DNA from: an uncultured Prolixibacteraceae bacterium | GTDB taxonomy: Bacteria > Bacteroidota > Bacteroidia > Bacteroidales > FEN-979 | DNA: 64,000 bases | Reading direction: 5' to 3' | NCBI GenBank assembly: GCA_964642545.1 | Contig: CAZXQU010000003.1 | Coordinates: 22,443 to 86,442, forward strand | Shown here: piece by piece, positions 7,946-16,940 of the stretch | Layout of the letters: each line of letters starts with the position of its first letter | Position numbering within the stretch: position 1 is the first letter of the stretch | Position numbers and translations under genes: made by a program | Notes under the pieces: generated by a model | The model's input: only the letters and a program-made list of their open reading frames with translations | Database searches by the model: none | Told to the model about the DNA's origin: nothing

Positions 7946-10900
7946 TTACTCTACACTGATCTCGTCAGCAAAGATCCAGCATTTCATCCCTGCTCCCGGA
8001 TGCCATTCGGGACAGATTCCTGGCGTTTTGGCAACAACTCTCACGTAACGTGCCTCAACAGAGGGCTCCAGGTCGGCCCATTGTTCCAGCGTTGTTGGAG
8101 TAAAATCCTTTTGAGAGTATTCATGGATAGAGATACCGGCAGGGATGAAACTCTCTCCATCAACGGATGTAAAGAATTCAACTTCCGTAGGAAAAAAGAT
8201 CCAGGAACCTACATCCTGAAGAAACCCGACAGAGATCTTGTGCACCATCTGAACCTCACCCAGATCCACAACGGCATCCAGGTTAACACCTTCATATCCT
8301 TGCCAAACACCGGTTTTGAAATTCTCACCTCCCTTTTTAAAGTCGATCAAAGCAATATCACCGCCTGCCGAATATTGGGGTGAATATTGTGTATTTAGCT
8401 TGATCTTGCGGTTCTCAGGAATTTTCTGAAAAGTGGATTCAATGATGAAACTTCGTTCATGGCCCTCTTTTTGGGTATAGGCAAGGATGGTGGTGGTGTT
8501 CTTAACTGAGATCGGATTTGCATACGGATGCCAGATACCAGATCCTGGATCCAGGATCGAGGATTCCTCATGCTTTATGCCTTGTGCCTCTTGCCTTTTT
8601 ACTTGAAAGTAAATCTTTGCCTCGGGGTCAGGAGAGGAGAGGACAATGGTGGTTGAATCAAAGAAGGTAGCATCTCCTTCAGTCATAAATGGAACCGGCT
8701 GAATCAGATGATCCCGGATGCCTGATTCCGGATGCCTGATTAGATTTTGCGTATCGCGAATCACGGATCCCGTATCGCTTGACGCATTTCCCCATTCGTA
8801 ATTTGGTGAACTTCTCATCTCAAAAACCAGGTCTCCACCTTTCATAATCTCATCATGCCTTATGGCTGGTGCGTCATGGCTCTTTCCGTTCAACGAGCAG
8901 GATTGAATATAAAAGTTCTCGTCCGAAAGATTGTTTGCGGTGATCGTGAAGGTTTTGCCGTTTTCCAGTTCGATTTTGGCAGATGGAAATCTCGGGGTGC
9001 CGATAGCATAGATCCCTGAGCCTGGCGTCACGGGATAGAATCCCAGGGCAGAGAAAACGTACCAGGCCGACATCTGGCCGCAATCTTCATTGCCGCACAG
9101 GCCATCTCGCTGATCGGTATAAAAATCGTTCATGATTTGGTGAACTATCTCCTGCGTTTTCCAAGGTTGACCAACATAGTCGTAGAGGTAGGCCATGTTA
9201 TGACTGGGTTCATTTCCTTGGGCATACTGGCCGATCAAACCTGTAATGTCGGCCTGATCACGGCCGGTTGTCTGCGAGTTTGCTGAGAAAAGTTTGTCAA
9301 GTTTGCTTGCAAAGGCCTCTTTCCCGCCCATCAACCCGATCAGTCCGTTGATATCTTGAGCTACACAAAAGCTGTATTGCCATGCATTGGCTTCTGTATA
9401 GTTGAAGTTGACTTCATAGGGATCAAACGGGGTGAACCATTGGTTGTTCAGCTTTGCCCGCATAAACCCCGTGGAGGGATCAAAGATATTTTTGTAGTAC
9501 TGAGCCCGTTGGATAAACTCGCTGTAATCCGCCTCTTTTCCCATCTCTTTCGCCATCTGCGCAATACACCAGTCGTCATAAGCGTATTCCAGTGTTTTAG
9601 AGACCGACTCACCCTCCTGATCACCAGGAATAAAACCTTGGTTTTTGTAAAACTTCAGCCCAAAGTGATCTTGGTTCGCACTGGTTTTCATGGCTTCAAA
9701 CGCCTTCTCAGCATCATAGTCGCGGATGCCCTTCAACCATGAATCAGCAATTACAGGAACTGAATGGTAACCGATCATGCAATTTGTCTCATTGGCAGAG
9801 AGTTCCCAAACAGGTAAAAGCCCTCCCTCTTCATACTGCCGGATGAATGTATTGATGAAATCGTTTGTTCGCTTTTGATCGATGATAGTAAGCAGCGGAT
9901 GCAAAGCCCTGTAGGTATCCCAGAGAGAGAATACGGTATAATAATCGAAACTGTCAGTCTGATGCACCTGAAGGTCTCTGCCAAGGTATTGCCCATCCAC
10001 ATCCATATATAGATTTGGGCTTAAGAAAGCATGATAAAGAGCTGTATAAAAGATAGTTTGGTCGTCATGGCTTCCTCCTGAAACTGTAATTTTTTGCAAC
10101 GCATTCGTCCAGGCTAACCTACAGTCATCCAAAACATTGTCAAAGTCCCAATTGGAATTTTCGTCATTGAGATTCTTGCGGGCACCTTCAATACTCACTG
10201 CCGAGATTCCGATCTTAACCAGAATCTCATCGTTTTTTTTCAGAGAGCTAAAACGGAGCAAAGCTTTCACATCACTCCCCTCAATTTCTTTCAGGCCTTC
10301 TATCATAATTCCATCAACATCAATAACTACTTCCAGGATAGGTCTCGAGAACCTGACCACGAAGAAAAGCCGCTGATCTTTTGCCCACGCAGTTGAAAAC
10401 CGGTACCCTTCAATCTCACTGTCGCCAACGACTTTCATGCCCGATTCAAGCACTTTATCCCTGTGCTGAAGATTGAGAACTACTCCGGGCATCTCCGAAG
10501 AGGGGTAGGTATACCTATGAAAGCCTGTGCGTTTTGTGGCTGTTAATTCCACACGAATATCATAGTTCGACAAACCAACCCGGTAATACCCTGCGGATGC
10601 CCTCTCGGAAGAGAAATCAAATGAAGATGCATAGCTATAGTCTGAAAGTGAGATTTCCCCGGCAACCGGCATCAGGAGAATATCCCCATAATCAGAACAC
10701 CCGGTACCACTCAGGTGTGTATGGCTGAACCCAAAGATGGTATCATCGGAGGCATGGTATGCCGAACAGCCATCCCATCCCTCCAGCCTGGTATCCGGAC
10801 TTACCTGGATCATCCCGAAAGGATAACTTGCCCCCGGATAGGTATGTCCGTGTCCACCGGTACCAATAAAGGGATTTACAAAATCAGTCAGACTGACCAG

Positions 10901-10972
10901 TCGTTGACCGAAACAACCAGAAACAAATAATACGCTGGCAGTAAGAAGAATTGATAGTGTCTTTTTTACCAT
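7946..10972 (-). CDS. GH92 alpha-mannosidase with C-terminal F5/8-type-C (discoidin)-like domain
   Basis: FIGTGGHGHTYPGASYPFGMIQVSPDT is the GH92 N-terminal hallmark. The protein is 1008 aa with a C-terminal ~150-aa beta-sandwich-like tail. The linker contains simple repeats (see 8541-8741). Confidence 0.9.
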   Translation of the reverse strand: MVKKTLSILLTASVLFVSGCFGQRLVSLTDFVNPFIGTGGHGHTYPGASYPFGMIQVSPDTRLEGWDGCSAYHASDDTIFGFSHTHLSGTGCSDYGDILLMPVAGEISLSDYSYASSFDFSSERASAGYYRVGLSNYDIRVELTATKRTGFHRYTYPSSEMPGVVLNLQHRDKVLESGMKVVGDSEIEGYRFSTAWAKDQRLFFVVRFSRPILEVVIDVDGIMIEGLKEIEGSDVKALLRFSSLKKNDEILVKIGISAVSIEGARKNLNDENSNWDFDNVLDDCRLAWTNALQKITVSGGSHDDQTIFYTALYHAFLSPNLYMDVDGQYLGRDLQVHQTDSFDYYTVFSLWDTYRALHPLLTIIDQKRTNDFINTFIRQYEEGGLLPVWELSANETNCMIGYHSVPVIADSWLKGIRDYDAEKAFEAMKTSANQDHFGLKFYKNQGFIPGDQEGESVSKTLEYAYDDWCIAQMAKEMGKEADYSEFIQRAQYYKNIFDPSTGFMRAKLNNQWFTPFDPYEVNFNYTEANAWQYSFCVAQDINGLIGLMGGKEAFASKLDKLFSANSQTTGRDQADITGLIGQYAQGNEPSHNMAYLYDYVGQPWKTQEIVHQIMNDFYTDQRDGLCGNEDCGQMSAWYVFSALGFYPVTPGSGIYAIGTPRFPSAKIELENGKTFTITANNLSDENFYIQSCSLNGKSHDAPAIRHDEIMKGGDLVFEMRSSPNYEWGNASSDTGSVIRDTQNLIRHPESGIRDHLIQPVPFMTEGDATFFDSTTIVLSSPDPEAKIYFQVKRQEAQGIKHEESSILDPGSGIWHPYANPISVKNTTTILAYTQKEGHERSFIIESTFQKIPENRKIKLNTQYSPQYSAGGDIALIDFKKGGENFKTGVWQGYEGVNLDAVVDLGEVQMVHKISVGFLQDVGSWIFFPTEVEFFTSVDGESFIPAGISIHEYSQKDFTPTTLEQWADLEPSVEARYVRVVAKTPGICPEWHPGAGMKCWIFADEISVE
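8541..8558. repeat. perfect 18-nt palindrome GATCCTGGATCCAGGATC inside the GH92 linker coding region
   Basis: The sequence equals its own reverse complement, checked by hand. Confidence 0.9.
8714..8741. repeat. perfect tandem duplication of the 14-mer CCGGATGCCTGATT inside the GH92 coding region
   Basis: Two exact 14-nt copies. The same 14-mer recurs at 39887-39900 inside the GDE-like gene. Confidence 0.9.
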
Positions 10973-10996
10973 TTTACTATTTTACCAGTTTACCAT
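10964..10996. repeat. 4 x TTTTAC(C/T)A micro-tandem repeat spanning the GH92 start codon and the EEP stop codon
   Basis: The tract reads ttttacca ttttacta ttttaccag tttaccat. Confidence 0.8.
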
Positions 10997-11844
10997 AAAT
11001 AAAAGTCACTTACCACCGGTAAATGGTCAGAGGGATACAACTCTCCCTGATGAAAATCGACGATTTCGTATTTTCCTGGACTAATCCCGGGTTTCCCCTT
11101 GAAAAAAATAAAATCAATGATATTTCCCGGAGAGTTTTTTGCCGGAAACCCAACAAACGAACACGCATCATCAAGATCCTTCACGGAGGGTCCTGTGGCC
11201 GTAAGATCTGTATTCAACAACTGAAATGCGTGATCTTCAGGCGTGCAATTGAAATCACCAGTTAGAATCAGATCGGCATCCCCGGTTATTGTCCTGATCT
11301 TTGACAACAATAATTCAGAAGCATGAACCCGTGCATCCTCGCTCACATGATCAAAATGGGTGTTGAAGATAAAGAGAATCTGCTTCGAAGAATTCTCGCT
11401 TAATTGCACCCAGGTAACGATACGCGTACAGGCCGCACCCCAAGAGATTGATCCCGGAACTTCAGGAGTTTCTGAAAGCCAGAAAAATCCTGAGTCGAGA
11501 AGCGCAAAGCAATCTTTCCGGTAAAAAATTGGAGCATATTCTCCTTTTTGATTCCCGTCATCCCTGCCAACTCCATACCAGGCAAGGGATGATAAGTTAT
11601 CAGCCAGCTCTTTGGTCTGGTTGACTAACGCCTCTTGGAACCCTATGATGTCTGGTGACTCAAGTTGCAGGACATTGAAAACAAGCTCTTTGCGCTGATC
11701 CCATGAAAAAATTCCGTCGTGTGGGTTGTCATACCTGATGTTGAAGCTCATGACCCGGAGTTCTGTCGAATCGGGAGATAAGGAAAAGGCTGAAACTGAA
11801 CTGATAAGAGTTCCTGCCAAAAATAAAACCACCCATCTCCTCAT
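10990..11844 (-). CDS. endonuclease/exonuclease/phosphatase (EEP) family protein, secreted
   Basis: Signal peptide present. Contains the EEP blocks RVMSFNIRYDNP, DIIGFQE, NTHFDH and SDHLPV. Confidence 0.8.
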   Translation of the reverse strand: MRRWVVLFLAGTLISSVSAFSLSPDSTELRVMSFNIRYDNPHDGIFSWDQRKELVFNVLQLESPDIIGFQEALVNQTKELADNLSSLAWYGVGRDDGNQKGEYAPIFYRKDCFALLDSGFFWLSETPEVPGSISWGAACTRIVTWVQLSENSSKQILFIFNTHFDHVSEDARVHASELLLSKIRTITGDADLILTGDFNCTPEDHAFQLLNTDLTATGPSVKDLDDACSFVGFPAKNSPGNIIDFIFFKGKPGISPGKYEIVDFHQGELYPSDHLPVVSDFYLW

Positions 11845-11849
11845 ACTAA

Positions 11850-11871
11850 TTTCGCTTTTCGCTATTTCGCT
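11850..11871. repeat. 3 x (A)TTTCGCT micro-tandem repeat between the EEP start and the beta-mannosidase stop
   Basis: The tract reads tttcgct tttcgct atttcgct. Confidence 0.8.
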
Positions 11872-14416
11872 ACCTTAAATAGGTGTCTACCAGCGAGATC
11901 ACCTTCAATGAATCCTGGAAATTATCGACCTCCTCACTAGTATTAAATTGGATTCGTTTCTCCTCAAATGGCATCAGGTCGAAATAGTTATCACTGAAAT
12001 CACCTTTTACCGGAGTGCTCAGGAAGACTCCCTTTGCCAGTTTGGTCGTATACAGATTCAAGATATATCCGGTTGATGTCTTTTGTGTAGCAACATCGAT
12101 AGGCGCCTTTTCAAGCTTCATCTCTTTTGGCGATACAAAATAGTATAAGTTTGATGCCCTGACCCCCAGGATATTCTGAATCTGGGTATAAATGAACAAC
12201 CTCGACTTATCGGCCTTTTTGAGGAATGCAGCCAGGTTGGTATCAACGACCACCTCTGTGCGGGAGGCAGAAAAGTTGTATGGTTTCTTCTCTTGCCACA
12301 GTACCTTGCCATCAAAGTCGGCCAGAACAACCCAAAGGTTTGCATCCTGGTTGTCAGGTTCGTCGAATGTCGCATATACTTTCAGCTGATCTCCTTCCAT
12401 TTCTGGAACAATGAAGAAGTTGCGGTATGCCCTCCAAGCGGTATAGTAAGATGCTTTTTTATTACCATAATAGTCGATGGTGGACCAGGAGATAACCGGC
12501 CATGAATCGTTCAGTTGCCAGTACATGGTTCCCATGCAGGCCGGCTTGGCCTTTCGATGTGCTTCAATAGCGGTTTTTAAACCATCAGCCTGCAGCAGTT
12601 GGCTAACATATCCGTATGTTTCCAGATCGGTAGGAACCCGGTAGTCACGTTGCATATATTCTTCAATAGTCTCATAACCAAGCGGATGTTTCTGATGAGT
12701 TTTCATGACCTTCGATCCAAGTCTCAGCTCTGCCGGAGGTGTAACTTTCTGAATAGTTGTGTAATCGGGGAAGCCCTGAAACCCATATTCAGAGACAAAC
12801 CGTCCAACTTTTTGATTGTATATGTCAAAGGGCTCTTTTCCCCACCAAACTCCCCAATAGTGCAGATCTCCCTCTGTCAGGCTCTTCTCATTACCCCAGC
12901 CATGCATCGGACTGGTACTGATATAAGGCCTGAGTGTATCATGCCGGAAAAGTGAATTAGGAATTAGTTCTTTGAAAATCTTCTTGTAATTCCTGAAGAT
13001 CAGGGATGAGTCCTTCTTGGTGTAACCATAATCTTTTACCCACCCCCAATTGTACCATCCCTCCTCAATCTCATTGTTGCCGCACCAAAGAACAATGGAA
13101 GGATGGCGCCTGAGTCGGACAATATTCTGGATGATCTCATCCCTCACACCAACGAAAAACTGATCATCCTCGGGGTACATTGCATTGGCAAACATAAAAT
13201 CCTGCCACACCATAATTCCCTTTTCATCACATAAATCGTAAAAGATATCATTTTCATAGATGCCACCTCCCCATACCCGAAGCATATTGATATTTGCTGC
13301 ATCCACATCTTTAATCAGGGCTGTATACATGGAGTCGGTTACCCTGGAAGGGAAGTTGTCCATAGGAATATAGTTTGCTCCTCTGATAAAAACAGGCACA
13401 TCATTGATCTTCAGATAAAAAGATTTGCCTATGGAATCAGGTTCCTGTATCAATTCTACTGTTCGCAAGCCGATTTTCTGATAACCTTCAGCCTCTTTTC
13501 TGCCGGCAAACCAAACCTGGTAGCCCAGGTTATAACGTATAGGAGCCCCCATTCCATTTGGCCACCAACGTTTTGGGTTGGTCATGTCAAAATCGATTCG
13601 GATGGCATTAACTCCTTTGTTAAGTAACTCACGACCTTCAAAAAATACAGTAGAGTCAAACATCAGCTTGAAGATCGCAGTATCGGCCAGGGAGGAAGTT
13701 ACGATAAATGAAGTAGACATCCGGGCAATTGAATCCGTCAAACTCTTTTGAATGAAATTGACTCCCAGCACATCCACATATTTCCAGTATTTAATATAGA
13801 TCGGTCGCCAGATGCCCATAGTGACAAAAGAAGGAGCCCAATCCCAGCCAAACTGATAAGCAGCTTTCCGGCAAACTACCCGCTCATCGCCGGGAAGTTT
13901 GTATGGAAGTTTGTCATAAAAGGCTTTGTTCAACTTGGTGATAGAGGGAAACTCAATTTTTATCCGGTTGTAACCGATTCTCAGGTAATGCTTTGCATTG
14001 GCATACCAGGTTTTAAACATGTTATCGGCCGTGATCACAAGGGAGTCGTTGATGTAGACATTTGCATACGTGTCAAGCCCTTCACAAACAAGCTGAATAT
14101 TTCTGTTGGCAAAAAAATCGCGATCCAGTTCGAAATATTTTTCATAAACCCACCCGGTATCAGAGATCCATTGAAGCTTTTCTTCAAAGTCGGCATAAAA
14201 TGGATCAGGAATTACCTTATTCCTTAAAAGATCAAGCTGAACAACTCCCGGAACCTCTGCATTGTATATCTTTTTGGATCCCTGCATCCTCAGTTGCCAG
14301 ATGCCGTCGAGGGATAAGATATTGGCCTCCTCCTGAGCAGCAAGGGGGAGGATTCCGGTGAGTATGAAGAAAAGTGAAAATAATCTTGTAATGTTTAGTT
14401 TCAAAAATCTTTTCAT
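11870..14416 (-). CDS. GH2 beta-mannosidase
   Basis: Contains the GH2 acid/base block IVLWCGNNEIEEG and the nucleophile block FVSEYGFQGFP. I prefer the ATG at 14416 (MKRFLKLNITRLFSLFFILTG... signal) over the TTG at 14443 used by the ORF track. Confidence 0.85.
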   Translation of the reverse strand: MKRFLKLNITRLFSLFFILTGILPLAAQEEANILSLDGIWQLRMQGSKKIYNAEVPGVVQLDLLRNKVIPDPFYADFEEKLQWISDTGWVYEKYFELDRDFFANRNIQLVCEGLDTYANVYINDSLVITADNMFKTWYANAKHYLRIGYNRIKIEFPSITKLNKAFYDKLPYKLPGDERVVCRKAAYQFGWDWAPSFVTMGIWRPIYIKYWKYVDVLGVNFIQKSLTDSIARMSTSFIVTSSLADTAIFKLMFDSTVFFEGRELLNKGVNAIRIDFDMTNPKRWWPNGMGAPIRYNLGYQVWFAGRKEAEGYQKIGLRTVELIQEPDSIGKSFYLKINDVPVFIRGANYIPMDNFPSRVTDSMYTALIKDVDAANINMLRVWGGGIYENDIFYDLCDEKGIMVWQDFMFANAMYPEDDQFFVGVRDEIIQNIVRLRRHPSIVLWCGNNEIEEGWYNWGWVKDYGYTKKDSSLIFRNYKKIFKELIPNSLFRHDTLRPYISTSPMHGWGNEKSLTEGDLHYWGVWWGKEPFDIYNQKVGRFVSEYGFQGFPDYTTIQKVTPPAELRLGSKVMKTHQKHPLGYETIEEYMQRDYRVPTDLETYGYVSQLLQADGLKTAIEAHRKAKPACMGTMYWQLNDSWPVISWSTIDYYGNKKASYYTAWRAYRNFFIVPEMEGDQLKVYATFDEPDNQDANLWVVLADFDGKVLWQEKKPYNFSASRTEVVVDTNLAAFLKKADKSRLFIYTQIQNILGVRASNLYYFVSPKEMKLEKAPIDVATQKTSTGYILNLYTTKLAKGVFLSTPVKGDFSDNYFDLMPFEEKRIQFNTSEEVDNFQDSLKVISLVDTYLR

Positions 14417-14498
14417 TACAGGTAGTTTAGATAATCGCGACAAAATTAAATGATTTTCCCAACTACTTTTTGTTAATTTGGGCGATAATATTTATAAC

Positions 14499-15665
14499 AT
14501 GGACTTTCAACAGCTTTTTGATCTTTTCTTTCAGCGATATGGACAGGCTGACCATACTCCTGAACTATTTTTTGCTCCTGGACGCGTAAATCTGATCGGC
14601 GAACATACCGATTATAACGGGGGTTTTGTATTACCATGTGCTTTACAGTATGGTACCTATCTGATTATCAGGTCTATAAACGAACCTGTTGTCCGCCTTG
14701 CATCGAGCAATATGGATTATTATGCCGAGATTCCGTTGTCAGGAAACTTCAGTCGTATTCAGAACCATTGGGTCAATTATCCTCTTGGCGTGATGCAGCA
14801 ATTCCAGCTAAAGAAGATTCCAGTCGGAGGGATGGAGCTTTTATTCTCCGGGGATATTCCAAATAGTGCTGGATTGTCCTCTTCAGCATCCATTGAAATG
14901 GTTACGGCATTTGCCCTGAATCTGCTCACCGAAGCAAATCTCCCAAAGCTGGAGTTGATAAAATTATCGCAGAAGGCAGAAAATCAGTTTGTTGGCGTTA
15001 ATTGTGGCATCATGGACCAGTTTGCTGTAGGGATGGGGGAGAGGGATCAAGCTATTTTCCTGAATTGCAAGACATTGGAATTTAAAATGATCCCGGTAAT
15101 CCTCGAAGGGATCTCGATGGTTGTTGCCAATACCAATAAGCAACGCGGTCTGGCAGATTCGAAATACAACGAAAGGGTTGCTGAGTGCCAACTTGCGGTC
15201 ACTTATCTGAGTGAGCGCTTTGATGTAAGCCGGCTCAGTGAAATAAGCTTCATGCAATTTTACAAAAACCAGGATCAGATTCCCGATGAGGTTATTCGCC
15301 GCCGTGCAAGGCATGTCATCTCAGAAAATCAACGTGTTTTGAATGCTGTTACAGCTCTTTGGAATAACAACATCCTGGAGTTCGGAGCACTTATGAACGC
15401 TTCGCATGAATCGCTTCGGGAAAATTACGAAGTTACAGGGATTGAATTGGATACGTTGGTTGAAGAGGCTCAGAAGATTCACGGCGTGATTGGATCCAGG
15501 ATGACCGGAGCGGGCTTCGGAGGTTGTACTGTAACCCTTGTCAGGAATGACGCGCTGGAAACTTTTATTGAAGAGGTAGGGAAAAACTACAAGGAAAAAA
15601 CCGGATTAACAGCTGATTTCTATGTGGCGGAGGTGTCGGATGGGGTGAGAATGATAGGAAAATAG
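14499..15665 (+). CDS. galK: galactokinase
   Basis: Contains the GRVNLIGEHTDYNGG and GAGFGGC signatures. The ATG at 14499 lies in frame inside the TTG-started ORF of the track. Confidence 0.9.
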   Translation: MDFQQLFDLFFQRYGQADHTPELFFAPGRVNLIGEHTDYNGGFVLPCALQYGTYLIIRSINEPVVRLASSNMDYYAEIPLSGNFSRIQNHWVNYPLGVMQQFQLKKIPVGGMELLFSGDIPNSAGLSSSASIEMVTAFALNLLTEANLPKLELIKLSQKAENQFVGVNCGIMDQFAVGMGERDQAIFLNCKTLEFKMIPVILEGISMVVANTNKQRGLADSKYNERVAECQLAVTYLSERFDVSRLSEISFMQFYKNQDQIPDEVIRRRARHVISENQRVLNAVTALWNNNILEFGALMNASHESLRENYEVTGIELDTLVEEAQKIHGVIGSRMTGAGFGGCTVTLVRNDALETFIEEVGKNYKEKTGLTADFYVAEVSDGVRMIGK

Positions 15666-15700
15666 GAAAATGGGAAATTAGGAAAATAGGAAATTAGGGA
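15654..15700. repeat. about 6 imperfect copies of the 8-mer AT(A/T)GGAAA overlapping the galK stop
   Basis: The tract reads ataggaaa ataggaaa atgggaa attaggaaa ataggaa attaggga. Confidence 0.85.
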
Positions 15701-15744
15701 TGACGATGATAATCCGGGAAATCGCGGGATCAATCGTCCTTTTT

Positions 15745-16887
15745 CTACTCTGACACTCCAAACTTGTACACCGTAATCTCGTTGTACTTCACTCCCGGCT
15801 TCAGGATGGTATTTGGGAAATCCTGGTGGTTTGGTGAATCGGGGGAATGCTGCGTTTCCAGGCACAGGCCATAATGTTGTTTGTATACTTTGTCTCCTTT
15901 TCCTTTGATTGAACCATCGAGGTAGTTTCCGGAATAGAACTGAATGCCAGGCTGGGTAGTATAAATCTTCACTTCACGACCGCTTTTGGGATCCAGCAGG
16001 GTTGCTGCCAGAGAGAGATCGCCTTCTGTTTTGTCCAGGATATAATTATGGTCGTAACCACCTTTGACTTGGTTAATCCGGGAGCCTATTTCGTGTGGGG
16101 TGTTGAAATCCATTGGTGTACCTGCTATCGGAGGCATCAGTCCGGTAGGGATAGATTCTTCGTTAACATCCGTCAGCTGTGCTGCAACGATAGATAAAAT
16201 ATGACCGAGGACGTTAGTGTCGGCCGTTGTCAGATTAAAATAAGTATGGTTACAAAGGTTAATCGGGCAGGGCTTATCAGTTGTAGCAGAAATAATAGTT
16301 TTTAGTTCGTTGTCATCAGAAAGGGTATAGGTTACCTTGATGTTGAGATTCCCTGGATATCCCTCTTCTCCATCTTTACTCAAATAAGTGAGTTCCAGCC
16401 CTACGGATGCCGAATCCTCAAGCTCGGTTGCGTTCCAAACCACTTTATCAAATCCTTGGTCTCCTCCATGAAGATGATTGTTCCCATTGTTTTTTGCCAG
16501 CGTGTACGTTGTCCCATCCAGGGCAAACTGACCACCAGCGATCCGGTTTGCATAGCGTCCTACAATCGCCCCGAAATAGGGGTTATTCTCGATGTAAGAC
16601 TTCAGGCTGTCATATCCTAGTACAATATCTCCAGGTTTTCCATTACGGTCAGGAGTCCAGATTTGTGTAATGATGCCTCCATAATTGGTGATTTTTACAA
16701 TGATCCCGTTTTTGTTAGTGAGTGTGTAGAGGAAGATCTCCTTGCTATCCACAGATCCAAAATTTTCTTTCATGATGGAAAGGGTTGACGTGTTTTTGTT
16801 TTTACTTTGCTCATCGAAATATCGGCATGAAGTAAAGACACCGGAAATTAAAAGAAGAATGATCCAAAGATGAAGGTTTCTTTTCAT
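15745..16887 (-). CDS. galM: aldose 1-epimerase (galactose mutarotase), lipoprotein-type signal
   Basis: Contains the NNHLHGG and CNHTYFNL blocks of aldose epimerases. The start at the 16887 ATG gives MKRNLHLWIILLLISGVFTSC. Confidence 0.85.
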   Translation of the reverse strand: MKRNLHLWIILLLISGVFTSCRYFDEQSKNKNTSTLSIMKENFGSVDSKEIFLYTLTNKNGIIVKITNYGGIITQIWTPDRNGKPGDIVLGYDSLKSYIENNPYFGAIVGRYANRIAGGQFALDGTTYTLAKNNGNNHLHGGDQGFDKVVWNATELEDSASVGLELTYLSKDGEEGYPGNLNIKVTYTLSDDNELKTIISATTDKPCPINLCNHTYFNLTTADTNVLGHILSIVAAQLTDVNEESIPTGLMPPIAGTPMDFNTPHEIGSRINQVKGGYDHNYILDKTEGDLSLAATLLDPKSGREVKIYTTQPGIQFYSGNYLDGSIKGKGDKVYKQHYGLCLETQHSPDSPNHQDFPNTILKPGVKYNEITVYKFGVSE

Positions 16888-16940
16888 AACACAAGGTTTA
16901 ACTACTACAAACATAATGAATAATAATCAAGATTGTTCGC

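Noticed and set aside
15654-15700. CRISPR-like or dispersed REP/MITE interpretation of the short tandem repeats
   Set aside because: The units are 7-9 nt, directly abutting without spacers, and degenerate. Each locus has a different unit. No cas genes are present.
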